A stretch of 64,000 nucleotides of DNA from Hormiphora californensis (taxonomy: Eukaryota > Animalia > Ctenophora). Positions 1 through 11,500 of the stretch are shown here, in pieces; within the stretch, counting starts at the first letter, position 1; each line of letters opens with the position of its first letter. The notes below the pieces were generated by a model. That model saw nothing but the letters and a program-made list of their open reading frames with translations, did no database searches and was not told the origin of the DNA. The DNA is taken from contig CM035356.1 of assembly GCA_020137815.1 (NCBI GenBank), positions 7,998,001 to 8,062,000 on the forward strand, given 5' to 3'. Made by a program: the position numbers and the translations under genes.

Positions 1-153
1 ATCTCACGAAAATATCTAGTTTTACAGTATTACAATCCCGTCTCAATACCACAATTGTCTTTTGTTGGCCTAAATTCCCGGTGAAATCATTGTACACCAA
101 CTAAATATCTGTTCTACAGCCCTCAAAAACACCAACTAACTATCTGTTCTCAG

Positions 154-466
154 CCCTCAAAAAGACGGTCGGCCTGAAAGCCGAGGACAAGGTCAAGAAG
201 AGGGAGGAGTTAGAACAACGTCTCAAGGATACAAGCACCAGTTCCAAGTGCGGGAAACGACAAAAATGTAAGTTTTATCCTGATCTTCGGAGAGTTCTGT
301 TTGTCCCCTAATTAATTAAAACTCACCCAAATCCCATGATTCCGTTGCTCTTCCACACATCCACTAACACACCTCTCTCCCCATGGCAGCGGTTCAAAAT
401 ATGTCCCGACTGAGTTCTAGCTCCAGCTCCGAAACTGACAGCGATTCCAGTGACGATGAAATGTGA
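154..466 (+). CDS. Last two coding exons of a BET-family bromodomain gene (BRD2/3/4, fs(1)h-like); the rest lies upstream of the window
   Basis: Exons 154-267 and 390-466 (GT-AG, phase 1) give LKKTVGLKAEDKVKKREELEQRLKDTSTSSKCGKRQKSVQNMSRLSSSSSSETDSDSSDDEM*. This resembles the BET post-ET 'KKKELEKRLQDV...SRLSSSSSS..SDS' tail. Only the tail is visible. Confidence 0.65.
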
Positions 467-562
467 ACACTGAACACATGTGGAGAGATGATGTTGTTCC
501 CAGCTGATGATATCGCACTATATTTTTACCCGAAACTGTTTTTATCTGTACAGATTACCAAG

Positions 563-712
563 CACTGCCTGACCTCTTCAATTCAGGCACTACCTGACCT
601 CTTCAATTCAGGCACTACCTGACCTCTTCAAGTGTTGCCAGGCACTGCCTGACCTCTTCAATTCAGGCACTACCTGACCTCTTCAAGTATTGCCAGGCAC
701 TACCTGACCTCC
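563..712. repeat. Short tandem repeat (25/34-bp units, GGCACTACCTGACCTCTTCAA core) in the probable BET 3' UTR
   Basis: About 5-6 direct copies of the core are visible. Confidence 0.85.
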
Positions 713-1280
713 AAAACATTGCCCTTGCAAATGAACAGCATCTCTGATATTGTATGCTGCTAGTAGTGCTCTAAAGAGAGACTTTCCCGGAGAGCACAGA
801 TATATCTGATGACTCGTAGAATCCCCCCCCCCCCCCCATGATCCCTGACAATAACTTTAGAACTCTCTTTTTGTGTGTACGAGTGAACTGTATTAGTGTA
901 TCAGTATGTTTTTGAGTGATATTTAGACTCAAAGAAACATACACAATGCGATATATAAAAAAACGTTTAAAAACTAGGTTTATTTATTTTTTTGGTGTTT
1001 GCCACAGTCTATGAAAACTGAACTTTTTGAGTTAGCCCCCCGTGTTAGCACACTGAAGAAGAACTTTCTTCTACCATTCTTTGTCGAAAAAGGTTTGACT
1101 CAAAGAGAGAAAGAGATTTTGAATATATTCTGAAGTACTGCAAATTGTTCGATCAGCCAGGCTACTCCGCCCGGCTGATAGTTGTTGTGTTGCATAACCA
1201 ACCGAGAGAGAGAGAGAGAGAGAGAAAGAGAAGAGACCCCGTTTTTACGATAAGAATTGTGTGTGATGTATTATGTTATC

Positions 1281-1826
1281 TATATCGGAAAATCCCGTAT
1301 TATATTTCCAATATGTCATCTGAAAGTTTTTCTTTTTTGCAAAAGGCCTCAATTATATTTCATCTTAACTATGTATTAGGTATTGAAATGAAGTAACTCT
1401 TCCCACCAGTAAAATGCACCTTGTTTTATGTGTAACAAGAACTTGATGGGTAAATTTAGATGGTAAATGCCATGGTGCAATTTTGGCACGCGCAAAAGTA
1501 TTTTTGATAGTCGCGCGCGCCGCGCAATTAAACAAAAGTTAATTTTCAAAACAAAAAAGATCTCGTCTCGAACCTTTTTTATCCCGAAATCTTAGAAAAT
1601 TTAAGGGGTCCATTTTCCGGGAAAGTGCAGCCCCTCGACGCTGCTTGCGGGGGCTCCACCCTCTACACCCCGCCGGGGCTGTGCCCCTGGACCCCGCTTA
1701 TGGGGGGTTTCACCCCCCCCTGACGGCTGACCCCAGACCCGGGCTGCCGCCCAAGGCCCCTCGACGCCGGACGCACAGGTACGCGCTGGGCCGAAGGCCT
1801 AGCGACATCCCTGATTTTCCCATATA
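1281..1826. mobile_element. Probable MITE with a GC-rich multi-hairpin segment
   Basis: TATATCGGAAAATC (1281-1294) matches the reverse complement of GATTTTCCCATATA (1813-1826) at 13/14 positions. GGGG..CCCC hairpin cluster at 1630-1805. Confidence 0.45.
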
Positions 1827-2197
1827 AAGACGCAGATAATAAAATAGTGGACTACAGCGTATGACAAAGTCATAGGGAAATCATCAATTACCAAAAGAAC
1901 TCTGGACTACCATGCCAAAGTATCCCCGGTCCTGGCACCGCTCTGGCCCAGAGTCTGGGACACCTGAAACAGCTAACGGCTTATTGGATACTTACAGTGT
2001 CAACGCCATAAAAAGTTGAAAATCAAGATAATTCAAACTCCATTGTAATTTAACTGGTTAAAAAGATAAATGAATGCTTGTTACAGGTCACGAACTTCAA
2101 AAACGGATAATGTTAATTTAATAGAACGTCTCTCACCGCTAATTTGTTAACATTATCACAGCTGTTTAAGGTATCTAAAATCTAACTAAACCTATTG

Positions 2198-4715
2198 TTA
2201 CTGTATACTAAACTCAAAAGTATCACTTAGAATGTTCATCAGTAGTTCACGATCACCATAGTCACAACAAAACACCTCTTCTGGGCCGCTAAATCCGTTA
2301 AAACCCGTTGTAGACAGTTCGATGTTGTAGTCCCCGACCTCTCGGTAGATCACCCAATCGTTGGGAGATAATCTTGGAAGAGATGCAGTTCCCAGTCTGT
2401 CGGCTGAATCGCACGTTGGACCCCACATCTTCGACAGGCTTCTCTGTAATTTTGGAAAAGATTGTTAAATAAGTTCCTGATATGCTACCATTTAGTGGTA
2501 GATTGGGGTTAATTTTAACTATATTGATATTCTGAATTCTCATCCCACCTCACCTTATCAGAACCTTCTGGATGCTGCCTCAATAACACATCAACTTCGC
2601 TGGAATAGCTGGAATCATTAAGGAACCATTGTAGCCCATTATATACTCCTGCTGATAGGTAGTAACTGGGGTTTTCTGAGTCTTCCATCCTCCGTCCAAT
2701 GACACACGATGCTATGTCCTGACTTGAGGATACCATCAATCTGAAGGGAATGTTGGCCATTTTAAAATAATGACAGGTATTATGTATCTAGGAAATTAAT
2801 CTATGTATGAAAAAATCAATCTTCTTTCCCAAATCACACCCGATGGTGGTCTAAATATGTTAACTTACGTTCCCGGTTCGGCTATAATGGATGGTCTATC
2901 ACCGTTAGGAAAGCTTTCCGTAACTGCTTCCCGGAGTGTAGCTCCAATATGTTTCGTCAGCTCATCCTCACTTTTTCTTCCACTGTACCCTCCACCTAGA
3001 TCTGACACAAATTCAATTAGTTGCTTCTAAAACATGTGTATGTGAGTTATTGTTTCGTTTAGAGTTGAATGAATACAATCAATTAGTGAAACAGGAGGCA
3101 CCATGCAGGAGTCTGAACTAGAAAAATGAAACCATATTATATACTGTTGACTTTGGGGAAAAGAAGACACTTACTCAGTACAGTTGGTGTATAACGGTAT
3201 TTCTGTAATATCTTCCAGCAGTAGGGTGCAAACTTTATAGTTTCAACCCAAGGTTCAGGGTCCATTGCCCTACAACCCACGTGAAACGAAATCCCTGGAA
3301 ATTAGATTTGATTTAATATCATCTAAATATTTATTACTTTGAGCTGTGTGAAAAGGGGGATAATAATTTAAATAAAACTATGAAACTGAATCATGTAGCA
3401 TATATATTGTGATCAACCTACCCTCTACATTCACATTCCGCTGTTTACAATGTGCTACCAGTTCCTCAAACATGTCCCATTCAACACCAAACTTTCCTGA
3501 CAAGTCCCACTGAAACGGAAAGTGTGATAAAATGAAAACTTGAAGTGAGAGATCAGAACGCTTTCTCTCTCACTTTAACTTGCTATAAGTCGAACTTTTC
3601 ACAATAAAAAGAGAAATAAAAGGAGTCAAGTACATACAGTCGGACCCCGATTTAACGGCCCCTGATTTAACGGCACCCCGATTTAACGGCAGAATAATCT
3701 TCCCCCGATATAGGAAATTAACAGTATTTGACCCCGATTTAGCGGACACCCCGATTTAACGGACAAAACCCTTTCCCCCGAGGGTGCCGTTAAATCGTGG
3801 ACTGACTGTAGTATGATTTTTGGGAGTTGTAATTATTGTATGTAATTGCCCCCCTCTCCCTGGTCCTTACTGCACATTTTGTAGTGGAAATGGATGAAGC
3901 ATTTATCCTAATGAGCACTCTTGGTGTTTTAGGTTTTTGCTGAGTGAAGGATAGTGTCCCCTTTTCCATTGCTTGGTAGGTTGCTGCGATCTTATCCACC
4001 TCTGACACTGAATCTACCACCGTTAGCAATCCCTGGCTTAACAACTCTGCCGGGGGAAACAAATGTTAGCTGTCGGAGAAATGAGTTTCCCCTATTATCC
4101 TGATTTTAGGGATTCTGGGGGTAACTGGTGTTATCTTCTGAGATGAAAATTGAGAGAGAAAAAACTAAAACCGTGACTTATACAATTTGAAACACCTCCA
4201 AAACCTAAAATCACCAACCTGCGATGCAATAGTGATTCTTGAAAGGATGCATTACAATAACTTGACTTGGAGCACATCCTGTTCCTAGGACCGATTTGAT
4301 CTCGTTGTAACTCGCACAGTCATATCCAACACCCAATCGGTGGAAGAGAGACCTAATGGAATTATAGGAAACTAGAAATGGAGTACATTTTCACCATAAT
4401 TATACGGCATGCTTAGTAATACGATTGTAAATAAATTAATTACAGGTTATACTAAAAGCAGTCTAAATTAGGCTACAATAATCAAGCTTACACTTACTTT
4501 GTCAAGATGTTGTGCTGAGCTTTCAGGGCATAATATGGTGTAATGAACCCAAACCAATCCTTCCACTTCTTCACCTGTCCCAGGATCTCAGACACATTGG
4601 TCACCGCAAATGGGTCTGTAGTATGAGTTGCATTACGTTCGAGGGCTATCTGCTGGGTGAACTCTTCTCGGGCAGTGTTACGGAGAACATGAAGGGTAGG
4701 TAAGGTCTTCCTCAT
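2198..4715 (-). CDS. Ornithine decarboxylase-like (group IV PLP decarboxylase), 8 exons, ~433 aa
   Basis: Exons 4715-4498, 4352-4219, 4046-3871, 3509-3422, 3294-3175, 3001-2869, 2740-2554, 2443-2198 all join in phase. Motifs: PYYALK, YDCAS, SGKFG, GISFHVG, LGGG, IAEPG, WGPTCD, GxY...FNGF. The start Met is uncertain (4715 or 4784). Confidence 0.92.
3637..3808. mobile_element. Tc1/mariner(pogo)-type MITE in an ODC intron
   Basis: TA|CAGTCGGACCCCGATTTA...ACTG|TA termini with internal CCCCGATTTA repeats. Same family as 15720-15801, 30371-30540 and the fragment near 32118-32185. Confidence 0.85.
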
Positions 4716-5047
4716 GCCGTGTGATCTAGAGGTGGGAGGGACAATCAAACAAGTGTAGCAACAACCTAGTCGTATAGATGCCATACATATGCTTTACTTT
4801 TGGCTCTATCAATCTCTTTCTCTCATTTCCATCATTTACCTTCTCTTTTCTCGCTCTGCCCCTCTCTCGTCTGCGATTCACAACAATTCGCGATGAATTG
4901 ATTGGATTTGGTTCATAAAATGATCACTATTTGACCTCAAACAATGCAGGTATCTCACACAGGGAGATGAGAGGGGAAACTAGATGAAGATGCTCAATCA
5001 GTAATGATCTGTGGATTGACGTCGAACATACATCTGAGCACATATGT

Positions 5048-7967
5048 TCGCAAAAGGCAAGCTTCCCCTCGTCCGACCCGAAGTTGGAATCATATGGGTT
5101 TAGTTTGTCGAACCGGCAAGTTGCTAACATGTTTCAAATCTTCACTACTTCTCAAATGATCCCATACTTTCAGTCTAATCCCAAAATCCTATTAAAAATA
5201 GAGACAAAAATAACGGCACCAAACTGTGAAATGCCCTTGCATTAGTGCGAGTAGAATAAAATCAATTTTCTATCTAAAGGCCGAGTTTATAGCAAGAAAG
5301 GACTATTTTACAACGAATTCTCTGGTTAGTATGGTAACCAACTCCGTTGTCATGGTAAATCAATCGAACTCTATCGAGTTCTATCGCCAGCAACTGGATG
5401 AAAATTTATCCATTTCATTATGCACAATGCACAGGCTTTGGTTACGAAGTTACCCCTTGCCAGCGTGTGCACGCGAAGGTCGCCCGGCGACAGAGTGTGA
5501 GGTGTCTTCGATACCAAGCACAGGCTTGTGTAACAAAAAGGGGCGTTTTTATAGCTTATTGTTCATCATAACCTGAAATAAATAATTTTCATTACTTTCA
5601 CAAAGGCTCAAAGTTTGAATATAAAATTTGCCAAAACTGTGCAGGGGCAAATTGGTGCAGGGGCAAAAGTTTTAATTGATTATAATTAATTAATTAATTA
5701 GAAAATCAAAAATCCGGCTCCGTTATGACTCGTAGTTATACTACTAGAACATACATGCAAAGTTTCATTTCGAAATTTCAAACGGTGTGGCCACAGTTTG
5801 AATATCAAAGTTGCAAAAAATGTGCAGGGGCAAACAAAATGGTGCAAGGGCACATGTTCAGGGGAAATTTGCACAAATTGTGCAGGGGCAAATTTTAATT
5901 AATTTGCCTATAATTAATTACCTAATTGATATATTAATCATACGGCTCTTCTAGTACTCGTAGTTATGCTACTAGAACATGCATAGAAAGTTTCGTGTCA
6001 AAATATTAAACGGTGTGGACACAGTTCGATCATAAAATTGGTGCAAGGGCTGCCCTTGCACCATTTGCCCTTGCACATTGCCTGCCCTTGCACCAAATTC
6101 CATTTTTTGCACGGCTCTAACTAACTAATTAATTAATTTTGACTATTCCCACTTTTCGAACATCATCTTTTATGATTGAAGAACATTCCTACAAAGTTTC
6201 AAGTCGATATTTTAAGCAGAACGGAAAATAGAATTTGGTGCAAGGGCGCGGTGCAAGGGACATAACACGCAATGTGCAGGGGCACGGTGCCCTTGCACCG
6301 TTTTTAATTACCTATAATTAATTAATTAATTAAAAATTCAAAAATCCGCCAACGTCATGACACAAAGGAATACTACAAGAACATGCCTACAAAATTTCAA
6401 GTCGATATCTCAAACGGTGTGGCCACAATCGTTGACATGTTTTTTGCCCCCCCCCCCCCCCAAAAAAAGACCTTTCTTTGTTCTTAATGATCGCAAAAGG
6501 CAAGCTTCCCCTCGTCCGACCCGAAGTTGGGAGATTCGTCGAAACAGCAACCTTCAGGCTGTTAAAATATTTTTTGATGCGCGGCGGCCTGTTTATTATA
6601 GTAGGGTCGGTTGTGGGAAATTGGGTCTGGAATTTTAAATTTGACTTTCTGATATGATTAGGGACTCTATAAAAAGTCCAAAGTACCATCCCACAGGTCT
6701 TCACCACCCCCGGTTCACTAATTAGTCGTAATTATGTGATTTATGACGTTATCGCCAATTAGCACTAATAATACCAGTTCCTGGTCACTTTGAGCTTAGA
6801 TTTTGATACCAGCTGATAGAGGATCACTAGATTTTTCCGTTTGGCTGGCGGTTGGCTGGCACCACGTGGGATTACGGGTTTAGGTCGTCGTGGGAGGTCG
6901 ACATTATTCGCGTTCGATCGGGCTCGATGAGGTGATCAAAAGCTAGTGGGCCAGACCTTGGCCCCACCCCGTTCTTGGCTTATTGGGATTTTTCGGTTTC
7001 CCGCCAAAATATTTTCCCGCCATATATATGCTTTATTTTTTTGCCCCTGCACTGCCACTGCACATTTTTTTAATTGCTTATAATTAATTGGATAGTTAAT
7101 TTTGAATATTCCCACTTTTTGTAGACCTTTCTATATGCTTGAAGAGCATTCCTACAAAGTTTCAAGTCGATATTTATAGCAGAACGGAAAATATTTTCAA
7201 ATGCTCAGGGGCAATGCTCAGGGGCACCATAAAAATGTCCATTTTTTAATTGCTTATAACTCATTGATTACTTAATTTTGAATATTCCCACCTTTTGTAG
7301 ACCTTTCTATATGCTTGAAGAGCATTCCTACAAAGTTTCAAGTCGATATTTCAAGCAGATCGGGAGATAATTGCGACTCAGGTGCCCCTGGGCCACTTTT
7401 GTTAGTGCGGGGGCAATTTTAAAATTTTAATTGCTTATAATTAATTAATTAAGTAAAAAATCAAAAATCAGGCTCCGTGGTGACTCTTAGTTATACCACT
7501 AGAACATGCCTACAAAGTTTTAGATCGATATGTCAAACAGTGTGGCCACAATTTGAATTTTAAAATTGCCCAGGGGCAGTTTTTTCAAATGCTCGGGGGC
7601 AAAATTCAGGGGCACCAGAAATGTCCATTTTTGCATGCCTATAACTCATTGATTACTTAATTTTGACTATTCTAACTTTTTGTAGATCATTTTTTATGCT
7701 TGAAGAGCATTCCTACAAAGTTTCAAGTCGATATTTCAAGCAGATCGGGAGATAATTTCGGCTCAGGGGCAATGCCCAGGGGACAGAACACCCCATGCTC
7801 AGGGGCACGGTGCAGGGGCTACTTTTTAATTACCTATAATTAATTAATTAGGCAAAAAATCAAAAATCCGGCCACGTTATGACACGTAGTTATACTACTA
7901 GAACACGCCTACAAAATTTCAGGTCGATATCTCAAAAAATGTGGCCACAATCGCTGCCTGAAATTTG

Positions 7968-7999
<32 letters not shown>

Positions 8000-8213
8000 G
8001 ACCTACGTTTGTATATATAGGGCCGGCTTTTTGGATTTGGTGCAGGGGCAAAAAATTTTTTTTCTTCGTTTTTTCTGTTTTCTTCGGGTCGGAGGTGCCT
8101 GCCGGCACCTAAATAGGGCCGGCATTTTTGGGTTTTTGTGCAGGGGCAAAAATTTTTTTTTCTTTTTTTCGTTTTTTGCTGTTTTCTTCGGGTCGGAGGT
8201 GCCTGCCGGCACC
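5048..8213. mobile_element. Helentron/HINE-like non-autonomous repeat complex (two left ends, two right ends, internal tandem repeats)
   Basis: The 40-bp end TCGCAAAAGGCAAGCTTCCCCTCGTCCGACCCGAAGTTGG occurs at 5048 and 6491. Its sub-terminal complement CTTCGGGTCGGA plus the hairpin AGGTGCC-TGCC-GGCACCT occurs near 8083 and 8186. Internal repeats contain CTACAAAGTTTCAAGTCGATAT and GCAGGGGCA. Confidence 0.55.
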
Positions 8214-8597
8214 TAAATTATGTTTTTTGGCAAGGAGTCGGCTATTTAGTACAAGTATACAAGTATTGTACAATGTACAAGTATACAAGTATTGTACAAT
8301 GTACAATGTACAAGTATTGTACATTGTAAGAGGTTCCTAAATGCAGTACTACTAGGTATATATCATAGAAAAGACGTGCACTTTTAAACTGATTAAAGCG
8401 TACTGTTTAGAGGAGGCTATATACCAAGATTATACTGCAGTTCCCCTGACTCTCTTCCTACTCTTTGCATATTTAATCCCTGTTCATATTATTATATCCC
8501 TCATAATTGTTTTATTGTTGGAAACTTTAAACGGTTTTGATAGAATCATTATATTAATCCGTATTATCAATAACCAAATTAATTTCCCGTGTTAGCA

Positions 8598-11500
8598 ATG
8601 CCACGCTATGGACGCAGCAGGAGCCGGTCCCCCGTTCACAAGATCAGAAAGAAGGGTCATCTAACTATTATTGAGGTAAGAAGGGCCATCTAACTATTAT
8701 TGAGGTAAGAAGGGCCATCTAACTATTATTGAGGTAAGAAGGGCCATCTAACTAATATTGAGGTAAGAAGGGCCATCTAACTAATATTGAGGTAAGAAGG
8801 GCCATCTAACTATTATTGAGGTAAGAAGGGCCATCTAACTATTATTGAGGTAAGAAGGGCCATCTAACTATTATTGAGGTAAGAAGGGCCATCTAACTAT
8901 TATTGAGGTAAGAAGGGCCATCTAACTATTATTGAGGTAAGAAGGGCCATCTAACTATTATTGAGGTAAGAAGGGCCATCTAACTATTATTGAGGTAAGA
9001 AGGGCCATCTAACTATTATTGAGGTAAGAAGGGCCATATAACTATTATTGAAGTAAGAAGGGACATCTAACTATTATTGAGGTAAGAAGGGCCATCTAAC
9101 TATTATTGAGGTAAGAAGGGCCATCTAACTATTATTGAGGTAAGAAGGGCCATCTAACTATTATTGAGGTAAGAAGGGCCATCTAACTATTATTGAGGTA
9201 AGAAGGGCCATCTAACTATTATTGAGGTAAGGACCTACAAACTTAGACCTAGATGAAGGAGTACTGCAAAGGGTTTCCCTAAATGTTGGCCATTATATGC
9301 CTCAGTAGGTTGTGATAAAAAACATATACCTATGCATTAGATTTAGCAAGTATATTATCACACTCAACAAGATAGTGAATGATGCAAGTGGCAATGAAGA
9401 ATGGGTTGTACTAGAAATTACGAAACATTGCTCTGTCAACAGTTATCGCAACGGTTAGGTAATCTACAACAAAAGATATATACGTGCACACTAGGTCATG
9501 AGGCAGGCCTGCACAATCCCTTTGTCTTTTTCCTAGCTACACCGTCTCCAAATATCTATCTATCTCGCACACTGTCTCTCTAATCTATCGTCCTTTCCGT
9601 TTTTTCTATTTTGTCCTTACGACGATTGGCAATTTCTACCAGATCTAATCTACCAACTCACATTGTAGTATTGGAGAGGGGGGGGGGACAAACGACTGTA
9701 AGAAACAGTACTATAGTACAACTGTCTACTGTGAAGTCTTAGTTCACAGACATCTCCTGGTGTGGTGGTCACAATACGTCTCTATTAGGTCAACCCCCAT
9801 TCTTCTTCTTCTTCTTGCAGCTAGCAGTGTATGAGGGAGGGAGGACTAAGTGTATGAGGGGGGGGGGGTGACTATTATTGGATGGTGATATAAACTGTTA
9901 GGAGGGTAGTGTGTAGGATAATAAAACATAAAATACCCTCAGCTTCTCTTTGGTGAATAATTAGGTATAAGTTAAAGGATTGACCTCTGCACACTGGCAG
10001 GAACCCAATTAGAATTTAGCATAATAAAATGGATCTACAGTGATCTAATTGGACTGATAAACCGACTCCGTACCCCCTATCTAATCTAAAATACCCCATT
10101 ATATCCCAGGGCATGTACCAGCCAAAGACAGACGATGATAAGAAAATGTACAAGCAGTACCAGAGTTGGATACGGGATGTAGAACAAGTTGCAGCACCCC
10201 CGCTCAAACATCTTACAATACAGGTATCAGAACTGAAACATTGGTTCTCCCTCCACGTGCAATGGCCAATACCCATGGTGTGAAGAGAAAGGTTATGGAA
10301 TAAGATGTGTTTCAAGTTTATTCAGGTTTGGTGAAAGGTCCCTTCTTTGTCGATGCACTAATCCCTGCTTCCCAGGAGACTGAGTTGATGCACAGAGCTA
10401 AAAAGTACGCCATGGAATGCTCCGTGCAGGCGGTAAGATATAACCCCCTCACATTCACGATATTATATCCATCAATCTTACTATTATATGATAAAAGCAA
10501 AAATTTCCTAACACATTACACACTTAAATCATCTGGTACTAACGATGAGTCCCCTCTGAGGTTCGGGTGACCTTATTGGGTACGAGAATATGTATTTTGA
10601 TGTGCTAGCAACTTTTCATGGCCACGATCGTGTTCAGCGGCTCGAAAATGGTAGGATTAGCTGTATATCGTGACTGTAAGCCAATTTTCATTTTTTTGAC
10701 CTGAGAATGAACAAATAATCTTACCTATCGACAGTATCGTGTTCAGCGGGTCAAGTTGGTTACAACCAAATAGTGAGTCAAAAAGTTGAAATTCCTAGAA
10801 AAAGGGTGAGAATATATACTGAGTGGGAAGGGTGGAGATTGGGTGGCAGAGGTGAGAGTCGACAGATAGGGTAACTGCAGGATGCCGGATGAAGATGATA
10901 GATAGTGTAAATTATATTTGGGGAAAAGTGACATAATGTTAAGGGTATAAGACAGGTGAACCTGGTACCAGGTGGTACCTGTAATTCCAGCCAGTGGCCA
11001 CCAAGATGAATCCTTAGGAATGGAGAAAAATCAAGGGCACTAAATTGTTCAGTGTCCTCTATTTGGTGGGTGTAGCTGCTGAAATTTAGTCTATCTCATC
11101 CGGTTAACTACGTAACTACGTCTGTAGGATGGAGATGATTGACAGGGTAAATTATATTTGGGAAAAAGTGATTTAGACAAGGACCAGGGCAAATTATAGT
11201 TGGGAAAAAGTGCTCATATATGTGCTGAGGGGTGATAAGGCCTCATTTCCGGATGCGTGTGGTACCTGTAATTTCAGTGGGTGGCCACAAACATAAATCC
11301 TCTTGGGAATGGAGACAAAATCAAGGGCATCAAATTGTCTAGCGTCCTCTCATTAGTGGGGGTAGGTTCTGGAATTAAATCTCTATCTCATCTGTGATCT
11401 GGTTAATTAGAAAATTGGATAATTAGGTATGCACATAGCCGTTTGCTAGCCATATGGCTATAGAACGGAGTAGAGACAAAATCAAGGACGCTAAAGTGTG

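Noticed and set aside
8649-9230. CRISPR-like 29-bp repeats
   Set aside because: The units are contiguous with no unique spacers, there are no cas genes, and the context is a eukaryotic intron.
9231-9275. Possible PUF60 exon directly after the 29-bp array (new intron formed by the array)
   Set aside because: Splicing from donor 8676 to the last array AGs gives in-frame stops (GTA AGG ACC...TGA or GAC CTA CAA ACT TAG), whereas 10110 gives an in-phase exon.
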